A stretch of DNA of 64,000 nucleotides, from NCBI GenBank assembly GCA_002104945.1, contig MCFH01000002.1, positions 1,736,001 through 1,800,000 of the forward strand, read 5' to 3'. This DNA comes from Piromyces finnis finn (taxonomy: Eukaryota; Fungi; Neocallimastigomycota). Each line of letters begins with the position of its first letter. Within the stretch, counting starts at the first letter, position 1. Under the pieces are notes generated by a model, which was given only the letters and a program-made list of their open reading frames with translations, had not been told where the DNA came from and did not search any database. A program made the translations under genes and the position numbers. Of this stretch, positions 20,216 through 32,619 are shown piece after piece.

Positions 20216-21209
20216 TCCAAAAAAGATGAGATAAAAAAATTTTTTTTTTTTATTAAGGAATGAATTTCTTTAGTAGGCAATAAAAAGATAATCATCATAA
20301 ATTAATAAAAGATGATTTTATTCCTATTTTTTATGTTTAATTAAAAAAAAAAAAAAGATACACTATAAAATGCTTTAATAAATTGTCCAGCCGTTCTTTT
20401 AAATACATTATTACCACTCTTTTCAACAGCAGAATATAAATTTACGATGTTAATACGATAATAACAAAACAATACCATCATCGAAAAAGAAGAAGAAAAA
20501 AAAGAGGCACTAAATACTATTTATATATAATAAACTTTTGAAATAATTTTTCAAATGCAGAGAATAACAAAAAGTCGAATTAAACGGAAAACGAATACAA
20601 TAAATCATTTCTTTTTTTTAAAAGTTATAGTATTTTTACAGTATAATATCATTTCAGTAAAAGTTTTCAACCCAATTTTTTCAGTCAACCAAATTTTGAT
20701 TCTATTATAAAAATTAAAACAAAGATAACCTACCAATATAATAACAGCCATCTATATAAAATAATGAAAAAAAAATATAATATTTAGAATTTTTTATTAT
20801 TTCTTAATATATAAATTTGTTTTTATTTTTATTTTTAAATATTATATTTATTTTATTGACTATAATTTTCATTTTTTTTTTTAAAAAAATGAAAAGATAA
20901 ACTAGTTTTTAATTTAAAACTTTTTTCTTTCATAATAAGAGTATTTTTCAATATCTTTTAAAGCTTTATCTTTTATTATTATTATTAGTATTATTATTAT
21001 TTTTTATTTTATAATTCTATATTTTTTTTAATTACTTTATTTAGATTAGGAATAAGTTTTTATTTTTATTTGTTATTTATAAAAAAATTAGTCTAAATGA
21101 AATAATTAGCAACAATAATCAGCAACAACAACAACAAAGCAAAATACCCATAATTTCTTTTTTTTTTTTTTCCAATTTAATTATTATTAATATTTAATAC
21201 TTTTTTAGT

Positions 21210-21245
<36 letters not shown>

Positions 21246-21269
21246 CCAATTAATTAATAACTATTTAAA

Positions 21270-21318
<49 letters not shown>

Positions 21319-22123
21319 AAAAAGAAAGAAAAGAGCAAAAACAATTAAAACGATTGAACAAATAAATATTGTAAATATAAAATATAAAAAAAAAAAAAAA
21401 AAACCTTTTTTTTTTTTATTTCATATATCCAATACACATACATACACACATTTATAAGCAATTTACAATTATTGATATATAAAAAAAAAAAAAAAAAGAA
21501 AGAAAAATTAATAGGTGATGACAACAATTAATATACTAACAAATTATAAAGAAGAAGCTCTATATTAAAAAAAAATGAAGATTTTAAGAAAAAGAGAAGT
21601 AATACATTTTTAAAGAGTAATAATTGAAAAAATAAAAAATAGATATTATAATAATTTAGATGAAAAAGACTTTAAAAAAAAAAAAGAATAATTTTGTCTA
21701 TAAAAAAAAAAAAGAAAAGAAAAAGAGAAAAAAAAAAGAAGTAATATTAATTAAAAGGTTCTCCTATATATATTTAAAATATATAGTTGATAGAATATTT
21801 TATATTTATATTACTAGTTTATTTTTTTTTTTTATCCTTTTTTTTTTTATCTTTTTTTTTTTTTTTTTTTTTTTGTATATCAATTATTCTTTTCTTTTTA
21901 AATTCTTATTTAAATTTTTTTTAATATTATATTTTTATTTATTCTTTATTACAGTAGCTTTAAAAATTTTTTTATTTACTTTTTTATTTCTAATAAATCG
22001 GATAGAGTTCGTTTTTTTTTAATATTTCTTTTTTATAATTACCTTTCAATGAGTTTAAAAAAAAGAGTGGATTTTTTTAAACATATCATGATTTTTAATT
22101 GAACAGAGATCTGATATTAATTT

Positions 22124-22156
<33 letters not shown>

Positions 22157-22514
22157 CATCTTTTTTCATTTTTCTATGTTGTAATTTATTGAAGGATTAA
22201 TATTAAATAATCATACATTTTTTTTTTTTTTTATTTACTTTGATAAAAAGACCTAATATAAAGTATTAATAATAATTTTATTAATATATATAATATATAT
22301 ATATATATTTTATTTTGAAAATAGAAACACAATACAGTAGTAATATTTTAACATTATTTTTTGATTTATATATTAGTATTTTATTAATTATTAAAATTTT
22401 AAAAGTTTAAAAATTACAAAATTTCATTGTTTTTTTTTTTTTATACAAAATTTATATTTTTTAGAATATTATGATTGATTATTTTTTTTTTTTTTTCAAA
22501 TAATTTTCTATTTT

Positions 22515-23091
22515 TTATTGTTGTAATGCAACACCGACAGATGTTGATTTTGCTGTATCGGTGGATTGTTTCTTTAAAGCAGCTGTAGCAGCTCTACTCT
22601 TCTTAAGATTCTTTTTGAACTTTATAATAGATAATGCTGCAAGACCAGTCGTTTTAAAGTTACATCTAACACTAGCTGCTTCGGAATCACGAAGTAAACG
22701 TTTCATTGTTTCTGTTAAATTTGTGGCACAAGAGAAAAGTTGATTATCCGTATCAAGATCTCTTGGGTTACTAGCTTTAACAGCGGTAACAACTCTTAAT
22801 TGTTGACTAAGAGTATTCAAACGTTCAACAGTATTTAAAAGTTGCATCTTTAAACGTTTATCTGTACATAATTCTGCTAATTCTTTACAATCCTTTAATA
22901 AAGAATTGGTCACCTGAGTAATCTCAAGAGCTTTTTGAATCATTTCCTTTTTAGCAATTGGATTAGTTGTTAATTTAGAATGAATTAAAGATAATTCTTC
23001 CATTTTTTGTGCAACAATATTCACCTTGGTAATAATATCATTTTTACTACCGTACCATTGAGCAGCTTCTAATTTAAGTTCACGACCAGCA

Positions 23092-23126
<35 letters not shown>

Positions 23127-24154
23127 GATATTTAATAGAAATAAAAAAAAAAAAAAAAAAGTTTATTCATTTATTCATTCATATATATATATAAGAATTT
23201 TATTTGTTATTTATTATTTAGTTATAAAATGTTTACCTTAATTGGGAATTGACTTGCTTCTTCTTGTGGTAATGGTTCAATTTCTGGTTGGTCATCTTCT
23301 TCTGGTTCAGGTTCAGGTTCAGGTTCAATAATAGTAGCTTGAACTGGTGCAGGAGTATGAGCCATAGTAACATTACATTGAACTGTTTGGGATTGTGGAA
23401 TAACATTTTGACTGATAATAATTGGTTTTTCTTCAATGACAGGTGGAGTAGGAGGTTCAAGAATAGAATTATTTTGTGGAAGTTTTAATTTCATAATTCC
23501 ATTCAAAGATCCCAAAATATCTCCTAATTTTCTAACGGCGCCTAATAAATCTGTTTTATTACTAGCATGATAAGGTTGGGATAAAATCGGTAAAACTTTT
23601 TTTTATAGTATTTTATTATTATTTTTTCAATAGGATCAATAATATTTTTATCATAATATTTTTTTTTTTTTTTTTTGTTTCATAATTTTTTTTTTTTTTT
23701 AAATATGTTTTTTTTTTTTTTTTATGGAAATAGGATGATTAAAATGATTAGAGTATAATAATAAATATTATATATAGAAATATTTATTTTGATTTTAATA
23801 TTATGAATATAAGAGATGTTTTTTTTTTTTTTTAATTTTTTTTTTAATTAAAAAATTGAACCATTTTATTATTATTATTTTTTTATTATTATTATTCGCT
23901 TTATTATTATCCAAAAACTCTTATATAATTATATATTTTATAACTATCATTTTATAGCAATAATATATAGAAAATAATAAGAATATTGTAAAAATATATA
24001 TATATATTATTTATAATATATAATAAAATGATTATTATTATTATTATTATTTTTTTTAAGATCTATCTTTTTTTATTGAAATTATAGTTTTAAATCTAGA
24101 CTGATTAATAGTATCATTTATTCATAATACTTTTTTTTCTTCATTTTCTCTTTT

Positions 24155-24192
<38 letters not shown>

Positions 24193-24662
24193 TATTTTAT
24201 TTCTATGTACTATTCCAATAATTAAATTTTTATTATTTTCCGATGTTTTTATTATATATATCTTTTTTATTATATATATCTTTTTTTTTTTTTTAACCTG
24301 TTCCTCCTCTTTTAATCTATAGGTCTATTTTATTTTTAATATAATAATTTATTCCTTCCTATTATTGTGCCAAAAAAATATATCTTTTTTTTTTTTTTTT
24401 TAATTTATTTTAAAAAAATATAACTTACTTTTTTCTACTTCATTAATTTCTTTAAGTAATTCCATACGATAAGCTTCATCTTCAGTATTATTCATTTCAT
24501 ATTTAGCAACTTCAATAAATTGTTTAGCAGCAGCAAGTGCTTCCTTATTAAGTTTTTCAACTTCTTCATCTGATAAGTTATCTCCTTCAGTTTCAAGTTT
24601 TTTCATACATCTAGCAAAAGTTCCCACTATAATATATATATTATTTAATATATTATTATTTT

Positions 24663-24699
<37 letters not shown>

Positions 24700-24784
24700 T
24701 TAATAAAGTGATGTAAGGAAAAAAAAAAAGTCAACTCTATTCTATGTCTATAATATTAATATTTAATTATTATTCTTATAATTA

Positions 24785-24815
<31 letters not shown>

Positions 24816-26655
24816 TAAAAAAAAAAGACTATATCATCATCCATGAATTAAAGAAAAAAAAAAAAGATAATAATTACTTGTATTATTTAATAATTCTTGA
24901 GTAGTGAATAAACCAGGTTCAACAATTAAAGATTTTTTTAAACCTTGAACTTGATCAGTCCAAACACTAGCAACATTATCTAAATTCTTTTTAAGATTTG
25001 GTTCATCTGGATTTTCAGAAGTTGCTTGTAAAGCATTAAGTAAAATATGTTTCATTCTATCTACATTTTCTTTCTTCTTTTCAATATTTTCATTAATCAT
25101 AGCATCATGTTCAGATGAAACCTTATTATTCATAGTTTTATAATCATCATTTAATTTATCAATACTATGACTTAATCTATCAATATCTTCCTTTTGTAAT
25201 TGACCTTGACCAGAAGTAGCCTTCATATAAGCATTACCAAAACTAGTAGTTTCATCCTCCTTATTACTAATATCATCACAAGTTTTAGCCATACTACTCA
25301 TTAATTGACGGTTTAATTCACCATTAATATACTTGGCACAAGCAGTATTATATTTAATTTGATTCTTAAGGTCAGCATTAGCACGTTGGTCATCAAATTT
25401 TTGAAGAATACATTTTGAACCCATCACATCAACACTATTTGTTGAAGTTCTAACACTTTCAATTAAATCTTGTAATTTATTTTTTTCATTTTCGTCTTCA
25501 ATCTTATCAACAATATCTAGTAATAAATGTAAAAAAAAAAAAAAAAACGAAATGAAATGAATATACATATGCATATATATACATATATATATAATTATTT
25601 AATAAATTATTTATCTATATTTTTAATGAGGACTACTAAATTTTATATTATTATTAAATAGTCAAAAAAAAAAAATTTTTTTTTATATTAATAATAATTA
25701 CCTGAAGCTTCCTTGATAAAATCTTTTGATTTTTTATCATAATCAGCTTGAGCAGTATTAAAACCTTGAATATCTTTCTTTTCGATACATTTAATCATAT
25801 CTCTTTCATCATTTTCCATAGCATTAATTATACTAGAAATTTCACCCATCTTTTTTTTTTTTTTTTTTTTTTTTTTATGAATTTATATATTTTTTTTTTT
25901 TTGGATTATAATTTTAGAAAAAATAAGATAGATAATTTTTAGAATATATTATTTTTTTTAACAATACTCTTTTTTTTTTCTCTCATTATATATATATATA
26001 TATATTTACCTTTACAACAGAAGTATCATCAACTTCGTTAATTTGAACAATTCTTTTAATTTCATTGGTAGCATGAATTAAAGTATCACAAACATCATGG
26101 AAACCATTAATGGTAGCTTCCTTTTGTGGATTTTGAATGTAAGCTTTACAGGAACTTATTAAAAGTGTACTTGTTTTTGTTAATAAATCAATAGCATCTT
26201 GAAGTTCTTTTTTTAAATTTTCAGATAAAAATTCAGCAATACGTTGAGTGGAAAGGGAAGCTAATTTAACAGAATATCTACTAGCAATTTTGATAGCATC
26301 AATAATTTTTGCAGTATCTGTGTTATCTCTACATTTTTCATAGTATGTAATTAAATCTTCGCATAATAAAACAATCTTTCTGACATTATAATCATCATAA
26401 GAATTTAAGAGTGCAGTAACACCATCTAAAATACCTTTAGTAGCATCAACTAATAATCTACGACCTTCTTTTGAACATGGATCTTCTTTTAAATGTTTAG
26501 CTGAGGATAGCATATCTTCAGCAGCTTTTTGAACTGTTTTTTTTTTTTTTAATTTATATTTTTCGATATACATATCATATTTATATATTATTATATTTTG
26601 ATCATTTTTTTTTCGAATAAATATCATTAAATATTTAGATAAAAGACCATCAAAT

Positions 26656-26688
<33 letters not shown>

Positions 26689-27056
26689 TATATATAAGAA
26701 TAACGTTTTGTTAATAAATAATAATAATAATATATATAAGAATAACGTTTTGTTAATAAATAATAATAATAATAGTATACGATGAAATTAAAGAATTATA
26801 TATTTATAATAATTAATTTACCGATAAGATTTCCATCATTCATTTCAATTTTCAATTTTTCATCTGAACCTTGACTACTAATAATATCCATAACTACATT
26901 AGAGAAATTTTGAATTTGAGCGACAACTACTGTAGCATATTCTGAGATATCTTCCATAGCTGAATTATTTTGTTCAGCTTCAGCATTTCTCACAATTAAT
27001 TGTGAGACAATATCAGCAATTGGAGAAATGACTTGTTTTGTAGTTGCTGTGAACAT
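22515..27056 (-). CDS. Vinculin/alpha-catenin family protein (about 7 exons, roughly 890 aa) with a Pro/Glu-rich linker and a vinculin tail domain
   Basis: N-terminus MFTATTKQVISPIADIVSQLIV resembles vinculin helix 1. D1 motif: LKEDPCSKEGRRLLVDATKGILDGVTALLNSYDDYNVRKIV. Tail motif: ELAELCTDKRLKMQLLNTVERLNTLSQQLRVVTAVKA...ATNLTETMKRLLRDSEAAS. Boundaries of the first three exons were verified (27056-26822, 26533-26010, 25849-25702); the length is an estimate. Confidence 0.9.
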
Positions 27057-27878
27057 TTTTTTTTAAAGATAGGATAGAAAAGTTGAAAAAAAAAAATAAG
27101 ATAGATAGTTTTTATTTTGAATACTATTTTATATTAGGAAAATAATTATTATTATTATTTACTTGATAATAATAATTATAATTATAATAAGGTGAACGAA
27201 TTTATTTTAAATATCTTTTTATTCCAAAAAAAAAAAAAAAAAAAAAAAAAAACCCGTTTTCTTTTTCTTTAAAAAAAAAAAAATATTTTCTTTTCTATAT
27301 ATATATATAACCGAGTAAAAAAAAATAATCTAATTTTAAATTTTAAATATAGTAAAAAGTCATAGATACTTTATAATATTCCAAACGATATAATTAGTTG
27401 TAGTTAAAATCTTAATTTTGTATAATATATATAATGTAACTAATGATATAGCTTAAACCTTGTTAAATATACCATTCATTTTTTTGTTGCGCTTTCCTTC
27501 TTTTTTCATTTTTTTAATAGTTTTTTTTAATTAATTTTAGTAACAATATAATTTTCTTAAATCTTATTTATATTTAATGATTTAACCTTTACATATTTAT
27601 AAAAAAAAAAAGATTTTAATTAAAGTTACTTTATATTCATTAATACTATCTTTTTTTATCTTTTTTAAAGTTAATATAATTCAACAATAATATGATAATT
27701 AAAAAAAAAAATCATGATATATGTTATTATTAAATTTTTTTACTATAACCCATGTATTATTAATCTTAAATACACAAAGAAGATATTGTTTACTATTACT
27801 AAGAAAAGTTTTACATAAAAAAACAATTATATAATATCTTGATACTTGTTTAAAAGTAAAATGTCAAATTAGTTTTTT

Positions 27879-27915
<37 letters not shown>

Positions 27916-29513
27916 TTTTTTTCTTTTTGGTATATAATACTAAATATAATTTATAGTTAGAATTTCATATGTATCATTTATTTAAAGTTGGTAAACACAT
28001 ATTTTCAAATATTTTACAAAAATTGATAAATTCATAAATTGTTTAAAACTTTATTTTGTATAGATAATTAAAAAAAAAAAGAAATTATAATAAAAATTTT
28101 ATTAATAATATTATTTCAACCATAGTGTATTAAATATAAATAATCAAAATGTTATTAGTAATATTTTCATTCTTTTCCATGAGTTTGAATAGTAGGAATA
28201 AAATACCTATTTTTGATCTAGAGTAAATTGTAATGCCTATTGTTTTTAATCTTAAAAAAAATAAATATTCATTATTTAACAGTGAATAACTATTTAATAA
28301 CTTTTTTTTTTTTAGTCAAGAATTTAAATAATAAATATAATAATAAACCTTTTTTTTTTTTTTTTATTTACCTCACTTTAAAAATAATAATACTTTTATT
28401 AAAGCATTTTTAACGGATAAAAAAAAATATCTTTTAAGCCTTTTTTTGGGTATTATGAATTATTGGTTAATTTCTACGACTATCAAAAAAAAAATTTTTT
28501 TTTTTTTACTTTAAATAATACTGTGTTTTTTTTTATATTTAGATATTTCTTATTTCAATAGAAAGATATAAATACTTTAAAAAAAGTACCAATTCATAAT
28601 ACTTATTATTTTTAAAAATATATACATATATACATATAAATAACAAAAGAGTTGTTCATTCTTTTCACTTTTAGTATTGTTTCTACAGGGATAAGTAACC
28701 ATTCCTCTATCCTTTATTTAATATTCAAACACAAAAAAAAATTTAATTACTAACAAATTTGGAAATATTAAAAAATATAGAATTAAATTAATTTTATTAT
28801 ATGTAACTTTAATATTATTATTTTTCCAACCATAAAAAGAGTGGTAATGGGATACTATGTTAACCATCAATAATGGTAAATAATTTTCTTAATTTTCATG
28901 ATAAGTAATGGTCAGCAGCAGCAGCAATACAATATTTGAATTACCTCTGATTATTTTTAAAGAGTGCAGGAAAACTACAAAGTTTTTTTTAATTAATTAA
29001 ATTCAACTATAGTACAAATATCTACTTTATTCCATATCAAAAGAATATTTTATGGCAATGTAATGTTAAAAATTATATTATCATAAAATTATTAATATAG
29101 CTATAAACGATACTGCTATATTAAAATAGTAAATGTTTCCTTTTTTTTTTAAAAAATATATATATATATATATAAAATTGCATAAAATGTTTAATAGAAA
29201 ATTTCAAAATTTTATAAACTTTATTTGAAAATAATCACAATTATAATGGTGTTGTTGTTGTTGTTGTTGTTTCTTTTATTATTAATATAAAACTTTAATA
29301 TATTTTAAATTAGCAATGTATGGGTTAAAATTAAGGTGTTTTTAAAGATTTAAAAAAAGACTATATTATATTGTACAAATGGAATGAGATGGTTTTTTAT
29401 ATAAAGTTCATGGGTGTAATATCAACCTTTTCATCTCTTTTTTATTTAATCCTCCTTTGACATGTCAACAACAATACAATAAAAAAAAGGCAAGCTTTTT
29501 AACTGCTGCCTTT

Positions 29514-29545
<32 letters not shown>

Positions 29546-32500
29546 GCGTATATAATAATTATTATTATTCAAAAAGATGTAAATCTTTTATTTTTTAATT
29601 ATTTTTAATTCTTCCGTTTTATCCTAATGTATTTTATATTTATTTTTTCTATATATTACAATATATTCTTTACGTATATTAATTAATTATCCATTTTTAA
29701 TTACTAAAAAACATTTTTTTTAATTTAATAATATTATTATTTTTTTAAAAAAAATGTTTGTGAAAAGAAAAATAATTTTTGGAAAATTCTTTTCAATTTC
29801 TTGTTTAGTTTACTTCAAAAAAAAAAAAAAAAAAAAGAGACATTTAATAAAACAGGGTTAAATAGATTAAATAAGAATAAAAATGAAATTTAAGAAAAGA
29901 TTAATCTAGTTTACTAGACATTTTACTAGGCATTTTACTAGGCGTTAACTTTCTTTTTTCCCTATTCACCGCTGTCATTAAAAAAAGATGCAAGTATTTT
30001 AACTATAATTTTTTTTATTAATTTTTAATTAAAGTATTCTTATGATTTAAACTATAGAAATTTATATTCATTCAATTAAATAATATATTTCATGATTTAT
30101 ACTATATTTATTAGAATATACTTGTTATATACGATGAAATACATTGCAACACAGAAGAAAGAGTGAAGTGAAAGGGGTTTTTTCAACCTAAATTAATCTA
30201 TAATAAATTACAGTGTATTCTGATATACGATTCTATTTAAATTTATTAATTTTTTGTGTCAGTCAATAATTTAGGAAATTTTTAGATTAATTTATATTTT
30301 AGTTTAAAAAGTTAAAAAAAGTGGACTTTTAAAACTCTTTGGTGGTTAGTAGTGGTGGTGGTGGTATTAGTTAGGATGGTGAGGAAGGATTGTACTTTGT
30401 AAAAAGAATAAATAAAAAAAAAGATATATTTTTCTTATTTTAAAAAATGTTGATAAACAATATTTTATAAAAAGAAATAAGAAGGAAAGTGTAAAATCTT
30501 TTTTTTTTTTACCTTACTTCATTTGGGCTTTTATTTTACAGTACTGATGAATTAACCAGAATATTGATGTTTGAACCATTAAAATGTTCCAGGGGTGAAA
30601 ATCTTTTGAACCTATAAAGTATCGTAACTTACTACCAATACCTTTTTTTGACAAAGATTACTAAAAGAAAGATTGTTTCCCACCTAGAAAATTAATAATT
30701 AAAAATGATAATACTAATCATTCTTAATACGAATATTCATTGACTTTTCAAAAGGGTTCTTTTTTTCACACACACACACACACACACCTACACACGTTTC
30801 TACCTATATTCTAACCCTAACCCTTTTAAAGTGTTTATTTTTCTCAAAAAATTTATTTATATAAAACATTATATATTATCCATATAACGTAAACGACTTT
30901 AATATATGATATAAATAAATTATTAATTAAATTATAAATTATATGACATAACTTGTTTTATTTATTAATTAAACAACGCTATGTGCCATATATTATGAAT
31001 ACATTATATAATATATATTTATTATTGTAAATTATATTACACAAAACTTTCCATATATTATATATTAAATTTTTAATATTTTTTAATTATCCTTTTTTTT
31101 TTTTTAAAAAAAGTGTAGTAGCAAAAAAAAAAAAAAAATGCCTACGACTACTTTACCATTTATTCATAAAAATCTTCTGCAACACACCACTTATAGTGGT
31201 ATTGGACTGTGCTAGGAAAAGGTGTAGCGACAACAGCATCGTTTCTTTTCTATACCATAGAAAATTTAATTATTAAAGTTTGATAAAAATTAATCAATTT
31301 ATTCTTTTTTTTTTTAAAAAAAAATTTTTAATTTTTATTCAAATGAACTCTTTTTAATTCATTAAGCATTAGTTTTCTTTTTTTTTTTTTTACTATTCAT
31401 TTTTCAATAGATTGAAAGAAATGAGAAAACGGTTTATTACGTAGAAAATAAATCAAGTGTGATTGATATAACACACCTCTTCTTCTGAATACGTGTTGCC
31501 TTTTGAAAGCATAAAACATAAAAAGATTATTATTTTTACTTTTTGCTTAATTATTACTATTATTTTTAAGGATATTTTAATAATAGGATCAAGTAGTTTT
31601 GTTAATAGAATTTTCAATATAAAAAAACTATTTAAATATATTTAAATATACTATAATATATTAATATAATAAATTGAATTAAATTGACAATTAAATTTAA
31701 AAATTTATAAAAAAAAATAAATTGAATTTTGGAAAGAGTATCTAGAGGTGAAAGTGGTGGTGCTTTACCTTGACTAAAGTGTGTGTGTGTGTGTGTATGT
31801 GTATGATTTGAATTGTAAAAAAGTTGAAAATAAGAAATTAAAAGGATGGGATCAATAAACTTTTTTAAAGGTATTTATAAATTATATAAATATGAAAGAT
31901 ATTATGTAATGATTCTAATTACTTATTATTAAATTATTATTATTGGGAATAGGAAGAAGCGTTTTAATTAATTTATACTTTTACTATTAATTAATATTAC
32001 TTTTGATTTAAAAAAATTAATCAAAATAAAATAAAAAAAGGGATTATGAAGTGAATTGGATAAAAGAAAAAAAGAAAGGTAGAATTAAAAGAAGATGTTA
32101 CTTTATAAAAAAGTGAAAGAGGTGAGAATGCTTTAAAAGGATGGTTTTAATATTTTTCTATAGTGACTTTATTTTGTTGATTTTCAAATTTATTAATAAT
32201 AGTATGCATCCTTTTTTTTTTTTAACTATAATGATAAGAAATTTATCAATTTATATAATATATATTATATATTACTAATTAATTTTAATATATCAATTAA
32301 TTGTAAAAATAAATAAAAATTTCTATTGAAAATATATTGAAAAAACTATTTAAATTTAAATTAAAATGAAAAAGTAATTACAAAAAAAAAACAAATAAAA
32401 AGAATAAAAAATTCCAAAATTTATTTTTTTTTTTTTTAAATAATAATAATAACTAACTTTTAATAAAACCCTAATATAATTTTTAAAATAAAACTAATAA

Positions 32501-32619
32501 AATTAGTTTAATTATAATTATACTAATTATTAATAAATTATAATAATTAATATAATTACCGATTTTTTTAATAAAAAAAAAATACAAAATAAATAAAATA
32601 AAATAATTTTTTTATCCAT

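Noticed and set aside
20216-22514. ORF-track entries 21345-21527 and 21660-22022 and similar Lys/Phe/Ile-rich ORFs in intergenic DNA
   Set aside because: Products of homopolymer A/T tracts, with no coding-like composition or splice support.
26689-26772. 42-bp tandem duplication in vinculin intron 1, plus short duplications at ~29910-29943 and ~59856-59881
   Set aside because: Simple local slippage duplications with no further structure.
31177-31241. GC-richer patch with a small hairpin ACCAC-TTATA-GTGGT as a possible ncRNA
   Set aside because: Only a 5-bp stem; no tRNA, snRNA or snoRNA hallmarks.
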